Below are positions 36,390 to 49,011 of a stretch of 64,000 bases of DNA, in pieces (position 1 is the stretch's first letter; each line of letters opens with the position of its first letter). This DNA comes from Oculina patagonica (taxonomy: Eukaryota), in NCBI RefSeq assembly GCF_052425735.1, contig NC_135769.1:28086001-28150000 (forward strand), read 5' to 3'. A program made the translations under genes and the position numbers. Under the pieces are notes generated by a model, which saw only the letters and a program-made list of their open reading frames with translations, did not search any database and was not told where the DNA came from.

Positions 36390-37566
36390 AAAACCGCAGA
36401 CCATCAGGTTGTTTCACAAGGGATGTTTGGTACCGTAGCAACGGGAAAACACTTGTTAAGGTTATAAAGCTATCTAACGCTGACGTTGTTTCATGACGAC
36501 ATAAAACAACAGGCAAAGATAGAGAGTATTGTCCTGGAACGACTTAGCCGCATCGATTTGTGAATATGTCAGTATACATGAGCGCGTTTGTGTTGTTCCG
36601 CGAAAAACAAGACTGAAAAAAAAAATCGAAGAAAGGAAATGAATACGGCAAACACCAAACAAATAGCGTTAGTAAAATACTGGAACCATGCCAAAATGAA
36701 AACAAACGATATGCATCCTTAAACAAAACGTTCGATAAAACGGGGAAAACACCTGCCAAAACAAGGAAAATGGGCCGAAGTCATGAAAGATTCGAGACTC
36801 AACTTTTTTTCGGTGACGTTTTAATCCTTTTATTCGCAGCAGGAGTAGGTGTTTTTTTTATTAATGTACCTTCCAAACGAAAGGATGAAAACAACAGAAG
36901 AGAGTTGTTAGCTGAAGGGTCGATTGCCGTGATATGCTGCCAAACTCTCAGAATTAACATTACAGTCAACGAGGGGAATTGGTGTTTACGTTTGCCGAAA
37001 GATGTCGTCTAGTCCTTTCAAACCATCAAAGGATCTCTTAAATTAACAATTTATTTCATCAGACGCATCTACTGAAACAAGACTCAATGTCAGTGTTTTG
37101 AGTTTTAAGGTTGCTGTGTTATTAATTTACTTAAACATCTTCACCCTAAGGGGCTTTTATTCATTTGTCGAAATTTAATTAACCCCCTACAATATATTGA
37201 GATGATATTGGTCATCGGCTTGGAGAGAAACACTGTAGATGCTCTTGCGACGAACTTTACAAAACTATATTCATATCGGTATTTAACTTGGTCAAAAAAA
37301 TGTTGCCTAATTCTTTAAAACCATCAATCGATCTCTTAAATTAACAAACTATTTCATCAAACTCCTCAAAACAAGTCTAAATATCAGTATTTCTTTAGCT
37401 TTTCAGAGCTCGAGCTTTATTTGAAAGTGTTAACTATCAATTATGAATAACTACTTTTGACATAAATGAATATAGAATATACGCTCTGGCTCAGACAATC
37501 GGGGATGGAAGCGCTCCACTTCGTTACTAGAAATAGTTAAAGAATTTAACGACATACTACAACCAA

Positions 37567-40128
37567 ATGGCCGGGTTGTGGCTGACAAAGTTGGCTATTT
37601 TGAGTGTCAACTTTCTCCTGGTAGTCTTATTTGTGATAGCTAACAAAGACTTTTGTGGAAGCGTTTTTGAAACTCAAGTCGGTAAGTATATTTTCAAACT
37701 AGCACTGGCACTCCCTGCCTTCCTTGCATTCAGTCTGTTCACATGGGTAAAGCTTTATTCTCTTCTCTTTTTAGACCATGTCTTAGTTGGTCACGTCATG
37801 AGCAAGGTTGCTGTTGTTGACGAGTTTGAATGTCATCTAAAATGTCTCGGAAATAACAGTTGCAAGTCGTTTAACATTCTTCCCGATGGCAGCAATGCAA
37901 AACGCATTTGCGAGTTTAACAAAAAAACACGGCAGATGAAGCCAGGTGATTTCAAATGGAAGAAAGGATCTACATACTACGGCTCTTTTCAGGTTAGTTA
38001 AAAAGTGCACATTTACACATCACAGTTTAGCTTACTTTATCCGGTTCGCCTGGAAAAAGCTCTATCGAAGGTTGTTAAATCAAAATAAAAGCGTTACCCT
38101 GTTTGCATGTTAATGAGATTCCTGGAGATTGATCAAAACTAAAAATATTTTATGATATTGATACATTGTGAAGTAAATATGGTAATAGTACGAGAATAAA
38201 AAAAAATATATGCTTTGATGAGAGCACCTAATGTACCGGATAGTTTTCTTTCCTCGATATTTCATTTAAGGTGGCTCGTAATAGCTTAGATATTCCCGTC
38301 TTTGGCATTCTATTGCTGCTACACCTGTAATGTTGAAGTTTAACTTTCAGAACATCCTTGTAAAGGTTTTACTAATAAACAAATTGGAGTCACTGTGACG
38401 TCAAAATTCGTTGCCATGGCAACTACAAAAGTGGTCAAAGATACCATGTTTTTGACCGTTTAAGGCTAATTACTCTAAAACTAGACGGTAAAAGTTTTTG
38501 TTTTTCAAATATTTTTGTTTAAAGGACAAAAGAAACGATCTGACAACTTTTTAAAATATTCTGTCAGAAATTTTCAGAGCCACCTTAAATTTATGCAAAA
38601 ATAACGTAGCTCCGAATCCCTTTGACAGATTTCTTTAAAAATGGGCAAAAATGTTTATTTTATCAGTTGGATAAAAATGTGTGAAAATGAAAAACTTTCA
38701 CCGAGTAGTTTTTGAGTTATCAGCCTCGAAAGGTCCAAAATAATGTATCTTTAACCTCATATGGCGTTGCCATGGAAACAGATCAAATTGTTCATTGGTA
38801 AATCTTGTTTACGTTTGTGCAAAAAGATTTTTTTCAACGTTATTGGTATAGCTGTGATAGAATACCAAAGACGGGCATGTTTAGGTGTGACTAAACTATT
38901 AAGAGCCACCTTAACTCAACCAGGTCTCCTGCATCGATGTTTCACGTGAAAGGAATGAACAAACAAAGAATGGGCAGTGTCATCCGGGATACAAAGGGGA
39001 ATACTGTGAAAAACGTGAGTAGCAACACTTTATTCTTGAGCTATTTTATTTAGTTTGATCACACATTTTGAATTGATTGCGGTGTCCGCCTAATTCGGTG
39101 TCCTCTAAAGGGCAATTCGAGTTAGGCTGTAGTTTTATATTATTTTTTTAACGCGTTGTCTTTTCTTTTGTAGCTATACCAGCTGATTCCTGTAAGGACA
39201 TACGGGACTCTGGAGACTCCAAAGGAGACGGGGAGTACTGGATCGACCCTGAGAAAAGCGGAAACCCTTTAAAAGTCTTCTGTGACATGACAACTGACGG
39301 AGGTAAGTTAAGAAATGTGTTTGAAGGAAACTTGTTTAACTTCATCCTAAAAGAAATATACACAAATACTCAGTTATTGAACCATTAGCCTTCACAGAAA
39401 CAAACTCCGTTATACAATTTTGTTGATTTTCAACGAGCATCCTCTTCCGTAAAATGACATGTGAAATATTCCGCTTTATTTTTTGTATCTTCTTACTTTT
39501 TACTTAAAGTCTTATTGAAGTTCTTTCTTTTCGTGATAAAATGTTAATGTTACTTGGCTATCTCGATTTATTTCATCACATGATCACTAAGGCTTGTCTT
39601 ATTTCAGGAGGTTGGCTTCTCGTCTCCAAGCTTGTGATTGACAACCCATCCTCCCCACAGTTGTCAGTAGAGACGACATACCGTGGAATCAGCAACTATC
39701 ACAACAACAAGACGTTTCTGACAAAGAGTGCCATGAATGAGCTGAGAACACACTTGCCTTTCACTCAACTGAGATTCCACTGCAGCAAACAACAGGGACG
39801 TACGTTCCACGTTTTCACGGTCGCTAACAGCACTGGTGAAGCTGTAGTCCAGTACTTCAGCGGTCAGACGGATGTACAGCCCGACGCCTGTAGCTCGTTT
39901 GTCAGAATGGAGAATGACAACTCGTTTTTAGCTAAACAATGCAACAAGTATGATGACAATACTGGCAAATGGGGCGGCCAAAGAGATGAAGATAGGTTGT
40001 ACAATCACCCAACTTGGGTCAGAGGCTTATATCACTGGCTGCTGTCTCCAGGTGACTCAAGATGGGAATGCGATGATTATGCAGTTGGAGTGTCTTCTGG
40101 TGATTTCTGGAAAGTCTTTGTTCGTTAA
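37567..40128 (+). CDS. Array gene G5, 357 aa
   Basis: Exons 37567-37681, 37775-37992, 38924-39014, 39174-39302 (21-nt in-frame deletion of RGLYSHQ), 39608-40128. 1074 nt. Confidence 0.8.
38270..38910. mobile_element. Kolobok-like MITE in G5 intron 2
   Basis: TTAA TSD (38266-38269, 38911-38914). TIR GGTGGCTCGTAATAG / CTATTAAGAGCCACC. Confidence 0.85.
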
Positions 40129-41413
40129 AAACTTGGCAAAGTAGATCGTCCTTTGTAAAAAAAAAAAAAATATATCGATTTGTAGCTTAACAATTGCATA
40201 ATAATCAATATGCAGTTAGTCCTTAGTTTTAGTCCAGCTGTTATAGACCAATAAAACACTCAATTGTTCAATTTGCTGATGAAAAATGAAACTTTGCTAC
40301 ATCACTTATGACCCTAAGGCGAAAATTTTCTGATAAAGGGCTATAAACTGAACTTCTGGAGAACTACGTATGTCACTAAAAGGCCAACCTGAAAACAAAG
40401 CTATGAATAAAAATCCTACTTGATTGATATTGTTTCGACATTGTTAGATTTATTCTATGCTGTCACGTGACTATCTTCTTTAATCTAAAAATAGCATTTG
40501 GGTGCCCTGTGGTGAAAAATATATATGCTTGTAGTGGATATGAGTCACCATATTGGTAAAACTAGTTTATCTTAGAATATAAAGATTCTATCTTTCTTTG
40601 ATTTAAAATTTTGTTCTGGTACTTTAGCAAACTGTATCACATATTCTAAATAAGTGTTGTCTTAATTGATTTGGGATTCCTGTGGTGAACTATTAAGTTA
40701 CACACTTTTTTGGCTTTTTTTTGGTGAAACCGATAAATCGTCGCCTATTTTACCAAAATACAACGAACAGTTAGTGTTCTGCTCCGGCAATTCTTGGTCA
40801 ATGTGCGCTAACTACTAGTTGCAGCATTGCCCATATTTACGGATGTTGGCAGTTAGCGTCACAGTTGAACAAGCCCGTGCATGACATATTGGCTTTCAAG
40901 CACTCGCACCGAGCTTTACAGGAAAGCATACATCCAAACCAGACACTTCGGATAAGTTCGTAACAAGTGTCCTTTGTTTTTTGGGGTGTCATTCCTGTAA
41001 CGCCTTGTGTTTAAAAAAGGTGGCTGTAAAAAATAATATAAAACTAACCGAACGCCTCAGGTGTTCTCATGAGTCTTTAATTGCATGTTGCACAACATTT
41101 AAATTAAAAATCAATTTCGTATTTTGCCTGAATAGTACACGATACATTTAGATATTGAGTCTGTGATTAACCTTTATTAATAATGAAAACGCGAGACGAG
41201 ACAAAACAAAAAAAATCCAGTAATCCAATTGTTTAATTAATTGTGGTATGTTTAACCAAGTTCGATTTTGTACCACTTTTTGGACTAAAAATGTAAAGGC
41301 GAGATTGTTTACACACGCTTCATCTTCAAGGTGCAGGTAAAAATGTCATTCATTTGTAGAAATAAAGCCACTTCTTACCGCAGTTATTGTTGTGTTTTCT
41401 TTCTTACTACTGA

Positions 41414-41794
41414 TAGACATTGTGTAAAAAAAATGGCTGCCAATGTCTTCAGCTGTCTGGTCAAGTTTCTTAAAGCCCACTTGAAAATTAATGGAATAAT
41501 GTACTACTCTGAGAAATTTCAGTGATTTTGGCTTAAAGGCAAAGTTATGACTGATTTAAATTCAAGAGATTTGTATGGGAAAACCACTCTTGCCTGCCTA
41601 GCCTCGTTTTCAGTTTTTTGATGAATAAAAGTATAAATGGTCAGTAACTTTCCATAAGATAGGAATATAGCCCTAAAATTTCATACACTGATTTCCTTTG
41701 ACTTGATCTTTAAGATAAAGTAATTCAATTCTGCTGACAAATGTTTTTCTCTGGGGACCAAAAATAAGGGGCAGCCATATTTCCATTGGGTCTA
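41414..41794. mobile_element. TAGAC...GTCTA-ended insertion downstream of G5
   Basis: Interrupts the conserved flank CTGA|TAAGCAGC; short inverted ends. Confidence 0.55.
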
Positions 41795-42395
41795 TAAGCA
41801 GCAACGAAGACCCAGAGAATTTCTCGTTAAAAAATGCGTAATATTCGGCGCTATGATTTATAATGAATGAGGTTTACGGATCTGTGTTTGCTGAGCAGGG
41901 CGTTGTGTGGGGTTAGGATTGTATTTTCAGCCCTGCAGATATTTTTAGAAGCGCTCTAGCTATACAGTAAAAACCTACCTCAGTTACAGTTAAAACTCAC
42001 TTCTTAATGTACATTTAAAGCGTTTTTCTCACAGAAAAAAAGATGATGAAACTCATTTACATATCAAACGTTTTACAAAAAGAACGGTTAATTAGAATGA
42101 ATGGAGCCTAGCCAGTTCCTAGCCTGATCGGATCGCTGCCAACGATCCATTAGGCGAATCCCACGCGTTTCCTGAAGTTAGCCTCGGGTTATAATTTAAT
42201 TTCAGAAATTAAAGAAAAGTTGAAAATTGGTGAAAGTGTGTTTTTTCGCTTGATCCAATACCAAAACAAAGGTGAGAGAAGGAAGCACCGTCAAAATGAA
42301 TATGAAGTCAAACTTTTCCAGTTTGTCGACACTGTGATTGTACGAACCATTTCTGTCAGCAACACCTCTAAAAAGTGCAAAAAGTGGCGGTAAAA

Positions 42396-42618
42396 CATTG
42401 GCTAGGGTTTCTATTTGCTAGGGTTTTATATTGGCTAGGGTTTCCATTTGCTGGGATTTTATATTGGCTAGGGTTTCTATTTGCTAGGGTTTTATATTGG
42501 CTAGGGTTTCTATTTGCTAGGGTTTTATATTGGCTAGGGTTTCTATTTGCTGGGATTTTATATTGGCTAGAGTTTCTATTTGCTGGGATTTTATATTGGC
42601 TAGGGTTTCTATTTGCTA
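42396..42618. repeat. 33-bp minisatellite, ~6.7 copies
   Basis: Unit TATTGGCTAGGGTTTCTATTTGCTAGGGTTTTA, itself two related 16-17-bp halves. Confidence 0.9.
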
Positions 42619-43178
42619 CCAACACACGAGCATGTGCTTACAAGTAATTTAACAAAATGGACGATATCTAAATAATATAAAAACCGATAGAAATGATTTC
42701 ATAGAGATCAGTAAAGGACTTTATTTGTATAATTCACTAGTTAAGGGAAAATTAGCCATCTTATGTTGACGTTGTGACATGGCGGTGTAAAATGACAAGT
42801 TGCCTTTAAGTAAGTAAGATAAGAGATATTGTCTTGAAAAAAAAATGTTTCAGTTAGTGATTATGTCAGTATACAGGGACGCGTTTGCTTTGTTCAGTTG
42901 TAAGGAAGCAAGAAAGAAATTGCCGAAAGGAAATAGACTTAGCAAACACTGGATGTAAAAAGGAGGACATGGAAACCGTGCCAAAAAGAAAACAAAAACA
43001 TCTTTTTATAAACGAAAAGTTCAATTAAAGAAATGAGTTGTTTATTAATTATAAATGAACACGGTTTGGCATAAATGACTCCACTCTGGCTTAAAGCTGA
43101 GTCAAAGCTGGATGAACGGGGATATAAGCGCTCCACCTCGTTTCTGGGCAAAGTTTTTAACACACTCGACCCCGCCAA

Positions 43179-45534
43179 ATGGCTGGTTTGTGGCTGACTC
43201 AGTTGGCCATTGTGACTCTCAACATTCTCCTAGTTATCTTATTTGTGGTGGCAAACACAGACTTTTGTGGAAGCGTTTTTGAAACCCAAGTCGGTAAGTA
43301 AACATTTCCTAGCTAACACGCCCTGCCTTTCTTGTATTCAGACTGTTTGCATTAATAAAACTTCTATTTTCTTTGTCCTTTAAGACCATGCCTTAGTTGG
43401 TCACGCCATGAGCAAGGTTGCTGTTGTTGACGAGTTTGAATGTCATCTAAAATGTCTCGGAAATAACAGTTGCAAATCGTTTAACGTTCATCCCGATGGC
43501 AACAATGCACAACGTATTTGCGAGCTAAACAACAAAACCCGACAGATGAAGCCAGGGCATTTTAAATGGAAGAAAGGATCTACATACTATGGCTCTGTTC
43601 AGGTTAGTGAGAAAACACACATACATATTCCAATTTAGCTTACATTTACCCGCTGTTCGCTAGGAAAATCTTAATCGAGCTATGATATTGATAAATGAAT
43701 TGAAATGAACAAATTGTGAACTCAATAGATTACGAGCCGCCGAGAATAAAGTAATCAACTATAAATGTTTCCTTAATTGATGTAACCACCAAATGCAAGT
43801 GAAAGGGGAATAGTTTTCTCTTCTTGATATTTCATTGAACCAACCCAGGTCTCCTGCATCGATGTTTCACGTGAGCGGAATGAACGAACAAAGAATGGGC
43901 AGTGTCATCCGGGATACAAGGGGAAAATAATGCGAAAAACGTGAGTAGTGAAAAGTTGTCCTCCTATTATTTTGGAATACGCTACCGGATGTCCTGAGAA
44001 CTTGTGACGATTTTAATGTATTTTAAAAGAGGAACATTCTTAGTCTTGTCAATTTATATATTTAAGAATACACCATGACTTTTTATATCTATTTCAAATT
44101 ATCATATTGTATTTTTTATTGTATTTTATATTTTATCAATGTAACTTTAGATATCATGTTTTTTATATAATTTTTTTATTATCATAAATTGTATATTTTT
44201 AGCTTGTTTTAGTATTATTGTAAGTTACTAGTGTAATTAATTAACATACTTTTTATTATTTAATTTTGAATTTTCTCGACGATGTTAGCTGTGTAGCTAC
44301 ACTAAAATTCGAGTTTTAAATAAAGTTTATGTATGTAAGTACGTATATATTTTACTTAGCGTGATAACGCAATTTGAATTGACTACAAAAGGTGTCCGCC
44401 TACTGTATAAAGCTTAATCTACCAAAACGCGGACTTTTAGAATTATCACCTCTTTTTGTTAACGAAATCGGTATCCGCAAAAGGGTGATACGAGCTTGGC
44501 TTTAATTTAATTAAATTTTTAAAACACGTTCTGTTTATTTTTGTAGCTATAAGAGGTTTGTATTCCCATCAGCCTGCTCATTCCTGTAAGGACATACGGG
44601 ACTCTGGAGACTCCAAAGGAGACGGGGAGTACTGGATCGACCCTGAGAAAAGTGGAAACCCTTTAAAGGTCATCTGTGACATGACAACTGACGGAGGTAA
44701 GTTAAGAATGATATTATAAAGGAGAATTGTTTAACTTCAGCCTAAAAAATGTACACAAAACTCAAAGGTATTGTAATATTAGCCTTCGCAGACATTAACT
44801 CCTTCATACAACTTTGTGCATTTTCAACGAGCAACCAGTGTCATTAAATGACACGTGAAACAATTTCAGCATTTTTTGAATTTCTACCAACTATTCTTTC
44901 TTTCATATTGATGTTCTTCGTCTCGTGAAAAGCGTTTATGTTACTTTCCTAGTTGGCTTTGTTTCATCACATCTTCACTAAACCTTGTCTTATTTCAGGA
45001 GGCTGGCTTCTTGTCTCCAAGCTTGTGATTGACAGCCCATCCTCCCCACAGTTGTCAGAAGAGACGTCATATCGTGGAATCAGCAACTATCACAACAACA
45101 AGACGTTTCTGACGAAGAGTGCCATGAATGAGCTGAGAACACACTTGCCTTTCACTCAACTGAGATTCCACTGCAGTAAACATCAGGGACGTACGTTCCA
45201 CGTGACCACGGTCGCTAACAGCACTGGTGAAGCTGTAGTCCAGTACTTCAGCGGTCAGACGGATGTGCAGCCCGACACCTGTGGTTCGTTTGTTCGGATG
45301 GAGAATGACAACTTGCTATTAGCAGGAGTTTGCCATAAGTGGGGAAAAGAAGATCGTGTGTATAATGTTGGAAAATGGGGGTATTCAGGCAAAGATGAAA
45401 ATAGGTTGTACCAACAAGCGGCTTTTGCAAGGGGTTTATATCACTGGACGATGGCGGGTGGCTCAAGATGGGAATGCGATGACTGGAATGTTGGAGTGTC
45501 TTCTGGTGATTTCTGGAAAGTCTTTGTTCGTTAA
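43179..45534 (+). CDS. Array gene G6, with a +1 frameshift in exon 3 (possible pseudogene or splice-rescued)
   Basis: Exons 43179-43293, 43385-43602, 43849-43940 (92 nt, versus 91 or 94 in paralogs), 44547-44696, 44999-45534. Canonical splicing gives a premature TAA early in exon 4; all other exons are intact. Confidence 0.7.
43972..44345 (+). mobile_element. Probable LINE 3' end in G6 intron 3
   Basis: Absent from paralogous introns; ends AATAAAGTT(TATG)n. Confidence 0.5.
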
Positions 45535-46018
45535 AAACTTCACCCTTTAGAAAAGCGAAAATTGCCTTAAACTGTGGGATTTTTCTTCGACGATTTGTAG
45601 CTTCGGCACGCCAGGTTGAAAATTGCTTAATAGCTGAGATCAGTTAATGTATTAGTCAATGTACAGAAATAGTAAATTACTTATTGTGCGCAAATTTAAA
45701 ATGTTATTTAATACGTTAATATGTTCAAATGCGCATGACATAAAATACTTTAAAAAATGCTAAGATACTTAAAATAAGTACCCTTTAATCTAAAAATAGC
45801 TCATATTTGTTTAGGGAAAGTCAAGGTGCAAGCAGCATATGTTATCGACGCTTTGTAGAAATCACTTCTTACCGCAATTCACTCTTGTTGTGTTTGTATT
45901 CTTACTACTGATAAGCAGCAGCGTGAAGCTTTACATCTGTTCTTCTTTGTATAACAAAGACTAGGGAATTTCTCCTCAAAATAGCATAATTTTCTGCCTT
46001 ATGTTAGGGCAAGGGATA

Positions 46019-46307
46019 CCGTATTTATTCGATTAAGCGCCCAACCTCGAATAAGCGCCCACCCCGAAGTTAGGAAAAGTTAATAAGCGCCCAGCCTCGA
46101 ATAAGCGCCGACCCCCACCCCACCAAGAAGGTGAACTACTTAGAGAATAGTCCATTTTACAGTTGCCTGCCAAGTGACCTGGCCTTTGAATGGTAGTGAG
46201 GCTGGAGGTGACCTTGCATTGATACAAACCTCTCTGCTTTATTATGTAAATGCAAACTAGTTTGCATCAAAACAACATGATTAACACAACAAAAGCAGTG
46301 AGGTCTG

Positions 46308-46338
<31 letters not shown>

Positions 46339-46679
46339 CCATTCAAAGGCCAGGTCACTGAGCAGACAACTGTAAAATGGTCTATTCCCCGAAGACCGAG
46401 TTTTCTTCGTATTTTACAGAAACTTTCAATGAACATTTAAAATTCTGCTTTGGAAAGGTACTCTGAAATTCGAGATTAAATAAAGTTTATGATGATGATG
46501 ATGATGATGATGCCTTGTTAATGTTCACGTTTTGTTATTATTCATTGCTTTGTTACAAAATGAACTTACTACTTGCTGAAAATAGTGAAAATTTAATAAG
46601 CGCCCAGCCTCGAATAAGCGCCCACTCTCAAGGTCAAAAATTTAATAAGCGACCAGGGCGCTTAATCGAATAAATACGG
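46019..46679. mobile_element. Tc1/mariner-type MITE with nested palindromic element (46146-46386) and a (GAT)n-tailed fragment
   Basis: TA TSD, TIR CCGTATTTATTCGATTAAGCGCC, internal AATAAGCGCC repeats. Confidence 0.8.
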
Positions 46680-47899
46680 TAGTACTGTATGTGCAAGATA
46701 TCAATTTCTGCTTTGGTGCGGTGAAGACATGCTCCAAAGCAGGAAAGTCGCTCGTTAGATTCGCAGGAGACCGCTGGATACCGAAACGGAGGGCGCGCGC
46801 GGGAATGAAAAACAAAATGGCGGTAGATCGTGGCGGAACAAGTTCCGAGCCATTCCTCGAATGTTGTTGCGGGTCTCAATGCGTGCGCATATAAAGCATT
46901 CGCGTTTAAACTCTTCGTGTTTCTAAAAATAGCACTTGGCAAAAGTGAATATTCAAACGCTGTGAACGCGCGTTACACGTTTCAACCCTTACGAGTTTCT
47001 GGTACAACCAAATTCTCACCAATAACATAAAAATAAAAGTATGACAATCCGTTATGAGAACCAATACCACGAATCTGGTCAATTTGGAGTCCAGTCTCCC
47101 CGGATTTTCTCCCAGTCTAGCTCCCGACTCTCGCCGTTTTTCCTGAAAAGAGGAGGTTAAAAAAGACGATTGGGAATGAGTCAGGTGGGAAGTGGGATCC
47201 ATTCCCCAAACAGAGAGTCAACTTGCTAGGGTAGGGCTGGGATGTTTTTGCCGATTTTCTCCCGGTGAGGTTTCGAGCTAGCTTGGTTAAGAGTTTAATA
47301 ACAGCTTCACGCAGTTCAATACTAATATTGAACCGATAGTGGAGCCCTCTAATTGGTTGTTTTTAGTCTCAGTCATGCATGTAATAACAGACTAAACCGG
47401 TGTCTAGTCTATGTTCAAAGTTTAGTAATGGCTCATCAGTGCCAACACAGAACATTTCTGTTGCATGAAGCGACTCTAAGCTACTTCCCTTGCATGGGAT
47501 GCTATGATCACTCCTTTCTCGAAATCAAAAACAAATGCGCAATAAGGAGGCTGACAACAGTATCCTGCTCTTTCCAGCTCTGAAAATTTGACGCTCTGAA
47601 ACCGCTCCCAGAATTTTTTTAACTTTGCAAAATGTTTAATCTTAACGTGCTGATTATTATTCAATAATAAAAATGAGTTACCGAACTCATTTCCGAGTTA
47701 CAAGCACTTAAAGCTCAAATTAAGGGTGTTTTTTTAACAGGTAATACTGTTGCTATGGTAACCAGTGATGTGATCAAAATAACCACAATTTGTTTATCAA
47801 TGATCGGGCATTTGTTTGATACCATTTTTTGTATCAGTTACTGATAAATATTTATAACACTCAGTAGCACAATCATACTAAAACGTACGAGTAAATGCG

Positions 47900-47905
47900 T
47901 TTATT
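47900..47905 (-). terminator. Candidate AATAAA polyadenylation signal of the coiled-coil gene
   Basis: TTTATT on + about 1.45 kb downstream of the predicted stop. Supported by position only. Confidence 0.35.
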
Positions 47906-48646
47906 CACTCAACTCAAGCGCCTGTGAATCTAAACAAAAAACTAAATCAAACAGGTCACCGATGAAATCTTTACTAAAACATACGGAACCTTATAAAAAT
48001 AGCAATGATCAATACAAAAATACCTTCTGACTACGTCTAAAGGGCACTCACTCTTAAGGGGCACTTCAATGAACTTTACAAATTGACACGATTCTTTAGA
48101 TACAATTATTTCTTAATACAAAATATCGAGCACCTCCAGAGATTAGCGCTTTTTATACTTAGTTTTACAAACATGTATACTGTCCTAGCTGTACATAATT
48201 ACACGGTTTTCCAAATTCAAATTTTTAAAGAAAGAGTCGAAGCATCATCTTGCTTTCAGGTCTGAGGTCTGTATCTTTGCACTGAAAACTGACAAAACAA
48301 CAACAAAAAATATTTAAATGCAAGAAACAGCAACAGTAGCATTAATCAATAATTGCTCTTCCATGCTAACAGAAGTTGTTTGATAGTTTGAAAACTTTCT
48401 TACATTTCAAGATAATTTCATCGACATTACAATTCAATTCACGGCTTTCTTTGTCCTGTTTTTTCATCTTTGTCTTTGAACTTTGAAGCTGAAACAGAAA
48501 AGAGGAACGGTGGTTATTAAAATCAACGCGATCGAGTACCCGCGCGCGTGACACCGTGCTTTTTACCCGCTTAGCAACGTCTGTCATTTTGCCTCGCATC
48601 GCAATCAATCAACCGTGACAATGAACGCGACATCTGAGAAGGTTAA

Positions 48647-49011
48647 AGGGGCTATGTCACGCAATTTTAGGCAGTTTCGGCACTGACCAACTGTTCATAG
48701 AATAAACTGAAATATCACAATATCGGCTTATAACTGGAGAAGAACTCAGTAGAAAAACAGAACAACTAAAAAGGGGCATGGATGGGCAAAATTCGAGAAG
48801 ATTAAACGGATGGCGTTCGGGTAAACTTGAAAAACGTCGGCCCGACTTTTTTCAAGTTTATCTCAATTTGTATCAAAGTGTCATTTACAATGCTCGAAAA
48901 TCACCCTTGTTTGTTATATGGCAGTGATTTTGGCAATAAAAGACTTTTGCTCTGCCAATTTAAGGTTTAGAGCTATTAATTAACGAAAATGAATAGAATT
49001 ACCTAGCCCCT
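48647..49011. mobile_element. Kolobok-like MITE in the predicted 3' UTR of the coiled-coil gene
   Basis: TTAA TSD, AGGGGCTA...TAGCCCCT. Confidence 0.75.

Noticed and set aside
42368-42647. Repetitive ORFs on both strands (YWLGFLFARVL / ANRNPSQYK)
   Set aside because: By-product of a 33-bp minisatellite; no splice or homology support.
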